Numbered from the stretch's first letter, positions 1-14,497 are shown. The stretch: DNA of 64,000 nt from Takakia lepidozioides (GCA_030704615.1 CM060733.1:18600001-18664000), one strand, 5' to 3'. Notes: a model not told the origin generated them from the letters alone. A program made the numbers and translations.

Positions 1-3000
1 GAGCCCGATGCTCGTTCTTCCGGAGCCGACTGTGACCCTATCATCAACCCCTCAGCCGCTGTGGTCATATCTGAAGAGATCACATTGGGACTGACATCCT
101 CCAGAACACTGTGGAGGTGGGTTTGTACTGCCTCAGTTGACATCACGCCAGCCGGAGTCGCGGAGCTGGACGGTGCTCGCAACACTCCCCTCGATGGACG
201 CTCCAGACTCTCCATGATTCGTTCTATGTTGTTAAGCCTTGCGCGCATGGCTGCAAGCCAATCGGCTGCCTGTAGTGGGTTCACAACCAAATTAGGATTG
301 CCAGAGTCGCCCTGGGGCTGTTGAGCGTCAGCAGCATGCAACCGGCGTTGTTGGGGCAATGCGGCTTGCTGTTGTGGGAATTCTGGCAGGTTCTCTAGAT
401 TCCCCTCCATGTTCGCCAACCGAGCATGCATCGCAGCAAGCCAGGCAGCTGCCTGCATCAATAAGATCAGAGTTACCTGGTGGTTGTTCCTCAAGTACGA
501 TATTAGACTACATATGCACTCTCCACAAATCTGTCCAGACAGTCCGAACTTCCACTAGATCATGTTGTCATTGCCATGCAATTTAGCTTCCATCTACGAC
601 TCATGCAAGCTTGTACTGGTCAACTGATTCATCTGTTAAATCTGAAAACCTGTATCGTCAATTGAGCAGCGCACTGTGAGCTCACCGTATAAGTAGACCT
701 GGACCAGTTTCCTTTACAATCTAAGCTGTACAGCGAATGAATTTTGCTTTCATAAAAACTATCTGCGAAGAGGAGCTGAGGAACAAGAACGAGAAGAAGC
801 GGTGGCAGCAGAACATGCAAGCTTATGTTTATAGGAGCTCATGGATCTAGAGTCTAAAACAATGTGAACAAACAAACTGTGGACGTTCATCTTGCAGGTC
901 CATGGCATTGCCAGTCAGATCTGAGACTTTGTACAATGAATACAGGTTCTTCTACAGCCGTGATTAGGTCTAACATATATGTAATGTTAAAGTGCATTGC
1001 TGCTGCAAGTTAGCATGTACATGGTTAACTGGGTGGTCCGCATAGATCTGTCCAAAGAAATCGAAATCACTGCTGCAGACAAACATGAGCTCGAGAATAC
1101 AAATATGCATGCACGTGATCGAGCTTGTACACCACCTTTTCGACACTGTATGTGAGTTTTCCTTCAAGATTACCTGGACAGGGTTGACTACGAGACGACT
1201 GATGTTGATAATGTCTTCCCATTCTTGGGAGAGGAGGGCAGCTGCTGCAATCATTTGTTGTCTCTCTTCGACCCTGTCAACCAAGTTGTGGGTCATGGCG
1301 GTGGTGGTTCGCGAGGCCGCCAGAGCTGCTCGCAGCTGTTCCCGCCTGTGTGCCATCCGTCGGTGAAGAAAACCTCCCCTCTGATGCCCAGTGCTCTGAT
1401 CCCCAGGCTCCTCACGGAGGTGGCGGGCAGCCCTTCCCATCCGGGATGGTGCATGTTCTGGGGAGGATTCTCCTCTTCTAACACCTGCCTCTCTCTGATC
1501 TACGGGCTCTCTTGTCGCATCCTCGCCTCTTTGTGGGCTTGCTTCTTGTGGAGCCATGGTGGGCCCTGGGTCAACCCTTTCTTCTTGAATTTCTGTGGCA
1601 GGTTCTGCTGGCCTACTACTTTCCACAGCTCCAGCGTTAGACCTGGCCTCAGCCTCGCGGATCTCCCTGTCCCTCTCCTCTCGCTCTCTCTCCCTCTCAT
1701 CCCTCTCACGCTGCTGCCGTGCACTCTCTATCCTGCGTGCCTGTGGCCGCGGTGGTATACGCTCTGACCCCAGTGCTCCCTGCATCCTCGCAGACGCCAA
1801 TGCGTTCTCTCTTCCATAGATGGGCGTTATGCTGCACTCAGCAATGGAGCCTTTGCAAACCGGGCACTCCTTGTGATAAGAGTGTACGTGTAGCCAGCGG
1901 TAAAGACAAGGCCAACAAAAGAGATGGCCGCAGCAGGTGACCACTGCCTCGTTGGCTTTCTGGAAGCAGATGTTGCACTCAAAATTCTCACCAATCATGC
2001 TGCTGTCTTCGGCCATGGACGTGGATGTCAACCCTACAAGTCTTTCCTGCCTTGCAGCCTCAATTTGAAGGAAGGCATGGTCGTTTGGTGTTTGAGCGAG
2101 GCCGGGACCACTAGTGACTGAACCTGCCATGAAATCTTGTATTGAGAACAGTCTCTTTTGGAGGCACCATTCTCACTCTTCAACAACAAACATTAGATCG
2201 TGAACATCATCACACGTCAGTTGGACCTTGCTGAAAGGACCCCACCTGCTATGCCATGCATTTCCTGCAAACTTTCAGTGTGCGAAAGGTTGTACAACTC
2301 TTAACTGAAGCATGGAGTATAGCAAGAACATGTGCAATCTCATCAAAGCAATCTCAACTACCATAACCTCTGAATTCTACAGTAAAAAACTGAGGGATCC
2401 ATTTGTATAGTTTGACTCCATGAAACTGAAAGAATAGGTAACCTGTAAGGCTGGTGGCGGTACTGTGATCTCTCTGAGAGGCCATTTCAGCAGCAACTGA
2501 ATTAATATGCATGATATGTGCTCTGTTTGCTCGAGAACGCCGGCGGACCCGTTGCCTCGCATGGGGCATGCGTCGTGTACCTAAGCTATGATCCTGTGCA
2601 GTGATTCTCGAATCATTTATGCGTTGTCCATGTTCAAATTGTTCGGGCTGTGATCCCTGAAGAAAATTCTGCTGTTGCAGAGTATGCTCCTGGTGAAATT
2701 GCTGGAGTTGATCTTGCATGGCTTGGTGAAGGTGGAAATTATTAGTGATGCGGGCAGCAATATTGTTGTGCTGCACTCCACCATACCCAGAGTTCAATGG
2801 GTGATACACATCCTGGTTATACAAACTCTCATTGTCGGCCTGCTGCAATGATTCCATCAATGCACCCTGCATCCCAGGTCCATATCCTGGCATCAGCTGG
2901 TGGGTTTGTTGCCCAATACCTTGGGATTCGGTGGCCCCATAGCCCTGATCTCCTTGTCCAGTTGATGAAATGAGAATGTAAGGGTATGGTAGCGGAGGGG

Positions 3001-3127
3001 CCAAGTGCAGGTTGAGGTCCACACGCCCAGAGACCGAGGTTTCAGAGGGAGGGCCAGACATTTGGGGCCCTTGCTCTGTAGTACTCTGTGTGTCGTTCCC
3101 TGCCTGGGCTGCCATACCGCTAGACAT
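1..3127 (-). CDS. RING-HC E3 ubiquitin ligase, RMA/RNF5-like. Exons 3127-2443, 2123-1174 and 452-<1; the 3' end runs off the window.
   Basis: C3HC4 RING FECNICFQKANEAVVTCCGHLFCWPCLYRWLHVHSYHKECPVCKG followed by ITPIYGR and RIPPRPQARR, typical of RMA/RNF5. N-terminal DLNLHL motif. GT-AG junctions keep the frame (LTG|SVT; NPVQ|AAAW). Confidence 0.88.
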
Positions 3128-5176
3128 TTCACTTTTCGCCCTCTTTCTTTCAGTATTGCATTTGTTGATGTCAAGTATCTAACACAGGCAGCTCACTCCT
3201 CAGAGAGATGAGTGTACTTTAGAAAGTGATTCAAAAGATTTGGAAGGGCTCAGAGAATGAAGTTATAGATAGTTGCCTGCATGGCCCTAGTCCAGATGTG
3301 ATTGCAGAGTTGTACAAGTAAAACAACATTTGAACTCAGACACGGTTGACAGGGTACGGGGCATGGCATCTCCATTACGAATACTTCATTAATCTATGGG
3401 CATTTTTTGAGCCACATCGTGGTGGAAACAAATAGCAAGATAAACAAACAGGGTTGATAGATCGGACAAACTTGACCACATCAAATGTACCAGGGGCGGT
3501 GGCTGCTGCGAGAGAAAAAGCGAGAACCTTCAACTGCACAGATTCCAATCACGACATATGTGGGTACAAGAAGACTAGTGCTTGTTTGCTGTGTTTCTCG
3601 AATGCACCATTCGGGGCCTTTGCTCAGATTGTTCTAGTTCCAATACACGAATCAAAGACGAATTCTGTCAAGCAGCACCCAACATAGAAGATCAAGCCCG
3701 CATCATTCAGCCCACAATGAAGCCAGAAAAACAAAAGAAACAAACCCACAAGGAATGTCCAGAGGGAGAATCAAATGGGAAGAGGAGAGGGGTGCGTGAG
3801 TGCAGGGGGAGCAAAGGGGGTGCTAGGGGGACTCTTGGGAATGCATCCGCTCCCATTTAATCAAGACACGTGCTGACTTGTCCATCTCCCTCCTTCTCTC
3901 ACAGACTGCCACATCCTCTCTCTCTTCAATCTGCTGAATAGCATCCTGCCACATGTCTCAAACTGCATCTGGGGATCCTGGACGGGGGAGAGGGCGAGCC
4001 TCTTGGGAGGCCAACAAACGCCCCTCCTCCTGCGACGCTTCGCACCCACATGCACACTGCATCTATGCAACCTCTCCAATGCCGAACCCTCGCCATGCAT
4101 ATCCAATTCTTATTCCTAGTGACCTTGAGGTCCAGCTGCCCCCGGTCAACTTCGCAATAAAGAGGGAGATCAAGACAACCCAAGATTTCATTGACCTCCT
4201 GCTGACAGAGCTCTGCCAGGAACTCTCTCTGCTGGAGTTTCCATGGACAACATTCGCTTGGCCATCACTAGGGAAGCTCATATTTGCACAGTTTTCCGAG
4301 CTTGTCAACGACTAGTAGAACAGTGGGTTGCCGGAGTTTGATGGTTCCAAGCGGTTTGCAATACCTAAAAGGGAAGAGTTGGGAAGGGGAGAGTACATAT
4401 GACACAAAAGCAGAGAAAGGTCATTTCCATATTCAGACATCAATGTCAACGGAGACATTCAATTCTGTTTGCTGAGCTCCGTGAACCGTCTTTAGTGTGT
4501 TTACAACATTCCTTCCAGGTTGTGAGGGTTCAGATCTTCCAAATGTGGGCCATTGACAAGAACACACACGACCCCTTACTCACAGAAATTCCGGTGTTAC
4601 TCTCATGTTCCCAGACATTTCTTGTTCACTTCTTCCTTTTAAGGGCAGAGCCCCTGCCATCATCACTGCATCTTCTTACACAGTGAAACAGGCTTCCAGT
4701 GTTTGGTGGGTAGAGAACAAGTTGAAATTTCTGTCGGGTTCAACACTTGGGAATCTAAGGAAACATGAACATGCCCAACTCTACATTGTAATGTCATCCC
4801 AAAAATACCATATTATCATCATCATTACATTTCATTTGCACTCCTGAGGTCTTTAACTTGTGAACCACTGCAGTTCCAAGAGAGGTGTAAGTTACCATTC
4901 ATGCCAAAAGTTAGCCCTTCATGATTTAGCATGAAGGATTATAAGACTAGGTTTAAGCCGTTAACAGGTGAAGGGAGAATATGCAGCAATCGGACAGCTG
5001 AACTCCAGGCCAGTTCTGATCTCTTGATCTTCGACCTACACTGCCTCCTGCTTAGAGGACCCAAGCAATACTTGTACATTCATGTCTCATGATGAAGTCA
5101 CCAAACATGAGGCCTCCCCTCCGCTACATTATACATCGGGTTTCAAATCAGATATAAAACCTTCTTGAACACAAAA

Positions 5177-8100
5177 CTACAAAAATTCCCGGGGATCTGT
5201 GACAAAACCCGTGATGGCAGAGGCGGCAGCTGTGAAGGGAGATGCAAGGTAAATCTGGGCTTCCTTGTTACCCATTCGACCAGGAAAGTTCCGGTTTGTT
5301 GTTGAGACACAGACCTGCATTCAGGACCACACCCACATTCTCATACCAAGGGTGACATTTCATTGCATGTCTTAAATTTACCCTCTAGTGTGAATATAAC
5401 ATTTTATATCAGATAGAATGCTTCTCCGTGCGCTACTGCAACCATTGCCAAAGAGCACCTAGGTGTATCCCAGTACCCAAAACTTGACCATCTCAGCTGT
5501 TTAGCATCAGCAAACAATCATATGAAATTTACAGAGAACCTGGTTCCGCTCAGGTACACTCCCACTTTCTCTGAGTACAGAGAATTGAACAAAATGGCAC
5601 ATTAAAAAAGCTCCAGCATAGCACAACAACATCAGAAGTACAAGCATGACTTCCTTACTATCTGGTTTGACAGTACTCAACCCCTTGCTTGAGGCAGGTT
5701 CCGAAGTCAAATCCTACTGCTGTCATGAGAATATTTTCAGCACATTTGTGGAAATGATAAACATTTGGCAGCAGGACGATCATTGGTTTTTGGCCGAGGA
5801 TCATTCCCAGTTGAACTGTGCTTACTGCAAGACTCTTATGGTGTAGTAACAGCAGCATTAAAATTTTGATACCTGGGCCTCATTCATGCGGGCATAAGTG
5901 TCGCGGGGGCCCCCAAGGCAAGCTGCACAAGAAGGGGCAGTCGGAGTATCACATCCAGCTTCCTCAAACACTTGCGAACATGTCTTGCCATCTGTGCCTG
6001 GTACAGGTAGTGTGTACAAGTCCAGCCAAACCTGCAAAACAATTCACAATTGCACTTCTAAGAACTAGATGTTTGCTTTTTGCACAGCAACCAGCAATCC
6101 TGACCTTCATCACCAGAACCCATCAGAAACTTCCCCACAGACTTGGAAGTTCAACAGCTCAACAGAACCCAAAGCACATTGAGAGAGTACAGCCTGGATT
6201 CAAACACTGATCTATACGTGGAGTGCAATTTATCAAAATATATTTTCTTCCAAATACACCAACCAATTCACTTGAGCCTGCCCCACTGCAAGTCCCATCA
6301 GACAGGTCAGACAAGAAAAGAGATAGCAATCCTTGCGACTGAGCTTCTAACTGAAGGAGCTAACCTTCTGGGTGGCTGGAACAATGAAAGTGGGGACCTT
6401 CACCCTCTGGCCCTGAATAAGCCAAACCACCACCCAAATGCTCAGTATGTAAGCATGTAAGATTAAAGTCTGACAAATAGCTTCAGCTTCTTGAGGTTAC
6501 TAGAGCTATTACAGGCTCTTCTGGTCACAGGCTGCAACCCTATCCTCCCTCTCAAATTTTGGGCCCAAGCCCAGGTCCCTGATTGGCCACTGGCCCTTGC
6601 CAGAACAGCCAGAAAGCTGCATAGCTAATCCCTATGATCCAACTGTGTGCAATTTGGGAGTAACTTTACTCCTTCGAGGACGATTTCAATTGGAAGCAAA
6701 CAGTTTCCCACAGTGGCAGAATGAAACCAACCGCAGAATGCATGAGCCCTGCAGCTGCTAGAAAGTCTTCAGTTTTCCCACCGGTGCATGACCCAATATA
6801 CACACGGTCAATCTTCACGTCTTTGCACTCTCTGGCCAGGCCCCGGTTGTCAGGAGAATGTGGCTGCGCCCCACCATTCATGGAAAGCACTTTTAGAACC
6901 TTGCAAATAGGAGGACCTTTGTTTGTCAACTACAACTTGAGCTGCTTGAGTCATGTTTTACACATAACCATGAGATCCAATAAAAGCTTTTCTGGTCCTC
7001 GCAGATCACACAGTATTCTTCCTTTTCATTGCCTGCCAAATGGCTAGCATTAGATCTGAGTGATCTGAGTGATCTGGCTTAACCTTACAAACACCTTGTT
7101 TATGACTATCTGGGGCCATGACTCTTTGAGATTCATCAGTTGTCTTCAGGCTATGAAATTTTTTTATGGCCCCTAGAAAGCTGATGACCCGTAATCAAGA
7201 GGTAAAGCTTGTCAGATGACCAGAGAATCTATAGAAACAATGACCCAGTGTGTTAGAGAGTGCAGTAAAATCTCGCACCTTGGCAACAACAGGCTCCAGC
7301 TTTGAGACGTCAAATCTGTACTCTTGTTGATAGCTGCATGTCACACCTGTCTGTAGTCAACCTCTGAACCTGGGTATCGTTTGCAAAGTGAATTCCTGCC
7401 TAAAATGTCCTACTTTCCAGATGTTGCATTTGGTAAAGGAGAGAATGTACTCATATAAGATTTTGTTTGCCGTAACCTTATGGCCACACACCCCGGGCCC
7501 AGTTTGGACGGAAAAGGAGAGAGTAAGATGGATATTTTAAGAATACAACCTTCTCTGATCTCCTTTTTGTATCTGGCAATCATAAGTCAAATATAGAAAG
7601 GTGAAACAATTGATACTCAGTAGCCAAGGCAATATGACCCCTGCCAGAAGTCAATTTGTGGGTGAGACTTAAGGGACTCCTCATACCTGGCAGTGCCATC
7701 ACTGTACAATGGCTGATATGGAATGTTTGTCTTTCCCTGTGTACACAAACCCCTCTTAAAAACCTTGAGCATGGACCAAGACTTTTAGTTGGTTCAGTCC
7801 TCGAAATGTCTGTACACTGATATTAAAAAATAACAAAGATTGTACTCATAAGACGTTGTTTGCCGTAGCCTTGTGGCCATTGACCCCACGCCCAGTTTGA
7901 GCGGGAACAAAAGGGACAGAACCTACCTCTGTCAGGGGCTGACGTTGGTAGTAAGACTTACCTCCATATAAGGAATTAATCCGGGTTTTCCAGATATCCT
8001 CTAGAAATCCCTTCACACAAGCATCAATCTGCTGTGTGTGATTTGCCCAAAAACTAGGCCTCAGGAGGGCCTGGGCTTTTGGCTCAGCCTCGAGACTTTC

Positions 8101-11100
8101 AAAGTTGGTAAACAGGGGTACAGGCACAATTCCCTTAATAGATTTGAAGAGAGCGTCTCTTTGGTGGGAGAACCCCGGACAGTGTATCAGAAAATGAATA
8201 CTGTCTTCAGATTGCCCACACAACGGGCAATTGCACTCTCAACGGGCAATTGCACTCTCCCTTTCCTCTCTGCTTCTGTTTGCTGTTCAAAGGTACGCTT
8301 CCTGCCCTGAGTTTAAATTCAAAAATAACAAAGAGAAGAAGACAAAGGGAAAAACAGAACACGAATTTTGGTAACCAAAGCTAGAGTAGTGTTGCTCCCA
8401 AAAGTCACAAGCTCCAGAGGTTCCTTTATGAACCCTCAAGTGGGCATCAGCTCTCCATATGCATGCTCAAGAAACACAGGGTCTCTAGATGTGTACCAAT
8501 TGAGAAGATATCAGTTGAGACACTTGAAAGAACTATTGAACAGGCAACCTTACCTCAAGGTACTTGAAAGTGGTAGCATCAGCAGGCACAATCCCGTTCT
8601 TCCCACCGGCCTCCACCACCATGTTACATAGTGTCATTCTGTCCTCCATCTGTGCAACTCAAGACAGAAACAAACTTGGTATATTGACAGTCGTGCAACT
8701 CCAGACAAGACTGTCAGAAGGGACCAACACGTTTGTAGAACTCACAGGGAATTCATCATACCCTTCATCACAAACCAGCAGGTGTTTATCATCTCTTTTA
8801 CAGAGACCAGTATACAGAAGGTACAAACCGTCATCTTGTCGACAGCTGAGCCAACAAACTCCATAGCTTTGTATGTGGCTCCAGCTACACTAATTTCACC
8901 TATAATCTGCAATTCCATGCCAGCATACACAATGTCTGTCAGGGCTTCTTTCCACACAAATGTTACTCCAGTATACTAGAGTTTACACCGTTGCAACTGA
9001 TGATTGTGAGGACATAATCTCTGCTTTTCACGCACAACAAATACTGAATGAAGAAGTTATAATTCAGACAGGTAGAAAAAATGGTGGGTTAAGCCACACA
9101 GCACCTGTAAAATCAGATCCTTGGCTAACAGATGCTTTGGCATCTCACCATCCAGTACAAATCTCAATGTAGGGGGCACCTGAAAGACATCGGAGTGGCA
9201 GTAAGTCCATTGATATCTCCAGACCTTTTTCACACAAACGCTCCAGCATTTTTTCAACAGCGCAAAAGAAGAAAGAAAGGAAGGTATTGCATCCACACCT
9301 GGCCGACAGGTTTCATTGTAAAAAGTAGAACCACAGGAGAGAACCAAAAAACACACATCAAAAGATGCTACTGTGGCTTGGAGGTGGAGTGCCTTATGAC
9401 CTGTCTCACCCAGGCAGAGTGAGAAAGAGGGGCACATGGTAGTCTGGTTGTGAATGAGACACACCAACCTTGATAAGAAGCTTGCCAGTGCCCATAATAA
9501 AGCCTGCATCAGTATTGCCAATACCAGTTGCAAACTGACCAAATGCCCCCGCAGTGCATGTATGTGAATCTGTGCCAAATAACACCTACATCCATTGAAC
9601 ACAAAATCATTATCAAAGTTTGATGTACTCATGCAATTGGATTTGGTGGGATAGATCTCACCAAATCCAATGGTCGACAGAAAACCTTGAGGGATAAACA
9701 CTGAAGGCAAGAAGCTCTGCACAGATGGGAGTCTCCTCAATCGTGTAAGTTGATGGCCTAAAACATTAAGACTCAGCAGACCACAGGTAGATATGAGGTT
9801 GGGATACAAAAAACGTCTTCCTCAGTGTTTTGTTTGCCATTAACCTGAGTCTAGTCATCAACTTCTGACACCAATAAGTTCTCGTCTCAGAAACGTTACT
9901 CAGGAGATCCTGTGATCTTGAAGGGATTCAAGCTGAAATTAACGGTAACCTTAGTTCCTGGCTTTTCTTCTTTTCTTGGCCTTGGAACTTACAAGCATAT
10001 AATTTATCTGAGAACCATGTCCTATGGGGGTCATAAGTCTGCCAGTACATGCATGATGAATGTATTGCTTTTAAAACACACAGATCGTAAAGAAGGCATG
10101 CATTTAATCTAGTTTTTCTTTAAAAGCCCCTAGCTGTATGCGTTACTTGGATTCTGCAATTGGATGCTGTTCTCAGTAACAAAGACAATGGAAGAGAAAC
10201 TAGTTGCAGAAAGTCCAATCCAACAACTTACAAACACACCTGGACCACAAAAAGGTATGGAGAAAACAGTGGTGGAGGAACTACCTCACCAGGACGGCAG
10301 TGGCCCTCTTGAGCAAGTGCCACATGGCACACTCCCTTATAATCTGGGTTTGCCTACACCATCCCTTGGACTGTCAAATACAAATGATGATACTCTATAA
10401 AGCAGTGCTAAGCTACTGCAGCAGCCTTACAGGATCCCTAGAGGGCCACTCTCTCTTCTCCTTCTCTTTGGACAGCCAATTGGTGGATTGCTCTCCCTAG
10501 ACTGAACCATTTTCATCAACATTGTAAAAGAGGTAAAAACCCAAATTTTCAATATGTGTAGATGCCCATGAGAACATACATACTCACTTCAGTGTAATCA
10601 GACTGTGATTGGCTGAGTGTGACCACAGGCAGTTTCAGCAAAGTTTCAAATACCCTGATGGAGGAAGGTTGTTACTTCCCCCCTGGGACAATGCTCTTAA
10701 GGGTACTCCATAGCCAACGTTTGCAAAAAACCGCTAATGAGTACACTTTTCTCTCATCCTCCATTCTTCTGTCCTTCTGATACGGTTCAGTCAGAGGGCG
10801 AAGGTGATAACATACCTTGAAGTCACTGAGGTCCGTGATGTCGTAGAAATACTTGATATTTTGCTCATGTGCAAACTCACGTAGAATGTCTACATTCCGA
10901 TTGGCCCGCGCATCAGCTGTGAAAATGTAATGGTCGGGAATCAGCACTACTTTTTCGCGATCCCATACCTGCACCATTACATGACACAATACTGTATGAG
11001 AATTCACTCACAACCAGGAACCACTCGAAGTGCATTAATCAACCATTGTTCCCCACATCTGACGACCCAAAAGGCCAACAATCCAATGTTGGAACCAAGT

Positions 11101-13997
11101 GTCTAGAAGAAACAAAGAACCAGACCCCGACGTGGTAAGAAAAGATAGTTCCCCTTCTGGAGCAAGTCTCTAGATCGTGGTCGGCCCTTCTACACTCTCT
11201 ACATTCCCCCCTTCCCTACTCCATTCACTCTGGCCACAGTACCATGGCAATGTCACATACATAAATCATCTCCATCTGCCTTTCTTTCTCAACGGCCTGC
11301 ACCCACGTATATGTTGCAAGCAAAGAGGGCTAGAGGAGTGGCGCTGGAATCAGCCACCGGATTTCTTGCATGATGCCAATCCAATCCATAAATCAATAGG
11401 CAGTTGGCACTGGCCAGTTGGATTGTTGGCAGTTGAGCACTGGCCACTACTACTATGGTAATTCCTGGTGGTTTGAAACCCAACCAGTGAAGTTTCTTCC
11501 TTTCTTTCTTTCACAAATTCCAGGTGTGGAATTTGCATGCATAAACCTTCAAACCAAGGCCATCTTCCGGCTTACAATCTTCCTTACAACATTACAAGTC
11601 CTTCCATCCAAACCAGGCCCTCACAACATCTATCAGGCTCAAGACCGCTGGTTTCAACACCTCCTGCTATGCTTGGGTGTCCAACTTTTTGAGCGTAACG
11701 AACTCTCTGTTGCTTCCCTACTTGGAAATTGCGTCCAAACAGGACCGCAGTAGATGCATAGACAAGAACTTACGGAACTTCACGTCAGGTGGAGATGGAA
11801 AGCAGGCAACCTTCAAACAAAACTGCAGTTCTATTGGGAGACAGTTCTATGGAGAGACATTCTTGGCCATCCGTAAGATAGAATCTTGTGGCCTGTCTGC
11901 AGCCCTCTCTCCCTATCTTCTAAGGGCAGTGGGGAGGTTCAGAGTGGGCTCCCACAGTCTGCGGATAGAGGCTGGTAGATGGCACAACCTGCAATGTGAA
12001 GACCATCTATATTCCGCTTGTGCTGGGACCAACAGGAATCGAAAGTGAAGAACGTTTTTTCTTTCACTACCCTTTCTACTATGAGAACAGTGGGAAATTC
12101 AATTGTCTGTTCTGTGATACCCAATCTCTCACGGAGGTCATTATGAGGATCAGAATGCTTGGCAGCTTACCTGCATGAGGCATTGACTCTTATACAACCC
12201 CTTGAGCAATAGTTGCTTTTGGGCTGGTTGTGGGGGGGCACTCTCTCTTTCGTTTTTCTTTATCTTGTCCCACAAAGCTTTGCATGGATGTTATAAAGTA
12301 GCATATCATTTCATTTCATATCTTTCTCTCCAGGCACATACGAAGTTTTTCTCTCCTTTCTTTCTCTTCTCTCTCTCTGCCTACCTGCTTGAGGCACTTC
12401 GCCTTTGGGTGACACTAATGTATTCTTGGTTTATTCTACCATGTCCCATGGGTCCTCAAGACCCTGTGTGGATGGTTCTTTCTTTCATTCTGTCTTTCTC
12501 TCCCAAATTGCTAAGCCTGTTGATGACATATCATCCTGGGAAGAAGTTGAAATCTCGCAGTTGTATATCAGAAGCCATGCCACTGATTGGCAACTTTGCT
12601 GGCACCAATATACATTCAAAAAATACATTGTGTTCCACTGAAGTTGATGGCACAAACCTTAGCATTCTCACCAAACTCCTTCTTGAAGATACCGAAGGTG
12701 CCAGGACCACAGACGTCATGAGTCATCAGTATGTCAGCCTTCACCCAAACGTTCTCCCCTGGAACCAACTTTGACTTCTCCGAGGCCTTTGCAAGAATTT
12801 TCTCTGTTGCTGTCATAGCATGTTTGACCTGTTCATACCAAAAAAGTCTCAAACACAGTTGCCAGCCATATGTTGCAGTATTACCTTGCCAAATGGGGTA
12901 ACCTTAGGTCTTCCCAATCTCTAAGTAACAGGTAACAAAGTGTCTGGTTGCGAGTGGCCATTATGAAACCCCGACACCTCATTGGAGGCAATGCCCCTAA
13001 TGGTCTAACTAGGCTTCTCTAGAGGCAAGTTAAGTTTTGCTACAGAAGGCCATCTCAAAATTCAAAATAACTCGCTTAGTCAAGTTAGCTGCAGCTCAAA
13101 CGAAACCAAGAGAACATTATTTGCATTGACTGTGTGACAACATGATCGAACTGAAATTTTGGATACTTAGAATTCTGCCGCTAAATGGGGTTCAAGTACC
13201 AACAGCGGATTCTAACTTCTGTGATGTTCACTATCCTCCCCCAAAGGACTGCAATTAGAAAACATCATAAGGGTCTAGAATGGATGAGAAGCTCACAGCT
13301 CCAGTAGAGGCAGGGGAGCGCTGCTGGGGTTGTGGAGGGGCCACGACAGCTCGCACTTGCAGGTGGTGCCGGGTTATAGGTGATCCACACTTGGGCACAC
13401 TGGCCACTCTACTCCCATAGAAGTCAGAACCCGACCTGGCCTGGCCTCCATCTCTCTGCACCAGAAGCAATTCAAGAGACACATTTTATCTCTGTATCTC
13501 TTGAGGATTCCCCTACAGGACTACTGCAAGCAAGTGTTATGAGTACATGAGGGAGAAACCTGACAGGCTCCAGGAGGGTTAGTATGCTGGGAGGACTAAC
13601 AACCAAAATAGCCCATAGCCCCATTCACAAGGAACAGTCAATGGTACACAGCTCCCTCCCACTCCACGACAACCCACAATTCCACTTCTAACTGCCCCTC
13701 TTTCTTGCCCCAACGAACACATAATGCTAAAGAGAAATATCATCTCAACACATTCACATTTCTTCTTTCATCTAATCTCATTTCCTACTTTACTCTCACT
13801 CTCACACGCTGTAATAAGTTTCTTCCTTTCTTTCTTCTCTCTCTCTCTCTCATCACGAGCTGATTTCACCACCATTCTCAGAGAAACATGCGAGTGCATT
13901 CAAGCATTTCAATCCACACAACCCATGATGAGGTACACACCACATGAGACCGCAGGCTTGGACCGCAAACGAAGTGAGGAACTGTGGCCGTGGCCAT
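5177..13997 (-). CDS. leuC: 3-isopropylmalate dehydratase (isomerase) large subunit, plastid-targeted, about 15 exons
   Basis: Exons encode [96 protein letters not shown] and [12 protein letters not shown]...[13 protein letters not shown]...DPREFL*. ATG at 13997 in gcagccATGG context, followed by a transit-peptide-like N-terminus. TAG at 5177-5179. Confidence 0.95.
7450..7522 (-). mobile_element. Very short 3'-end fragment of a non-LTR retrotransposon (same family as 7846-8260 and 37025-37410), in a leuC intron
   Basis: Shares tgtttgccgta.cctt.tggcca...cccagtttg and the tactcata flank with the two longer copies. Confidence 0.65.
7840..8260 (-). mobile_element. 5'-truncated LINE 3' end (C-terminal CCHC zinc finger, zf-RVT-like), in a leuC intron
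   Basis: Translation [24 protein letters not shown]...LEDIWKTR is typical of a LINE ORF2 C-terminus. A diverged second copy lies at 37 kb. A 19-bp tandem duplication (caacgggcaattgcactct) marks the truncation point. Confidence 0.75.
11540..12110 (+). mobile_element. Degenerate LINE ORF2 C-terminal fragment in a leuC intron
   Basis: [29 protein letters not shown]...[13 protein letters not shown] matches the RFRxGSHxLxIExGRW...E.E.HF...CP.Y tail of RTE/CR1-type ORF2. Confidence 0.7.
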
Positions 13998-14125
13998 GGC
14001 TGCAGCGTGTGCTAGTTAGTCTCACCAGCGAAGAACCGATGCCCACGAGACGGGGAATCAGAGGTTTAGAGTTTAGAGTCGGTTGTAGATTTGAGGGAGA
14101 GGCAACAGAGCTGCCAGGAGTGAAC

Positions 14126-14497
14126 CAGTGTTGGACCGTTATATACATACCATACCAGACTGGTAGGTAAGGTGGCCAATACCCCGGGCAATACCATACT
14201 AGGGCCAATACGCTCCTCGCTCCATATTGCGGTGTATATCATACCTGTCTGGTATCGTGATGAAGGATATTGCTATTGATACCAGTATTGCTGCCAGTCG
14301 AGCTCCCAAACAGCACTAGGTGTATGTGTGGAGGTAGGACAAGGGAATTATTCCGTTCAATTAAAAAAGCATTTCATTATTGATACCCTTACCCGAATAC
14401 CAGGACCATAGGGGACCAGGACCATAGGGGCCAGGACCATAGGGGCCTTTGTGATACCAGTCTGGTATCATATTTTTGTGACACCAGTCCAACACTG
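14126..14497. mobile_element. Non-autonomous hAT-type element (MITE), 372 bp
   Basis: Perfect 11-bp TIRs CAGTGTTGGAC / GTCCAACACTG and a perfect 8-bp TSD GAGTGAAC (14118-14125 and 14498-14505). Internal atacc/ggtat subterminal motifs and a 3x ccaggaccatagggg repeat. Confidence 0.92.

Noticed and set aside
3861-4315. Several overlapping 80-120 aa ORFs between the RING gene and leuC
   Set aside because: No recognisable motif. Probably the RING gene 5' UTR or promoter.
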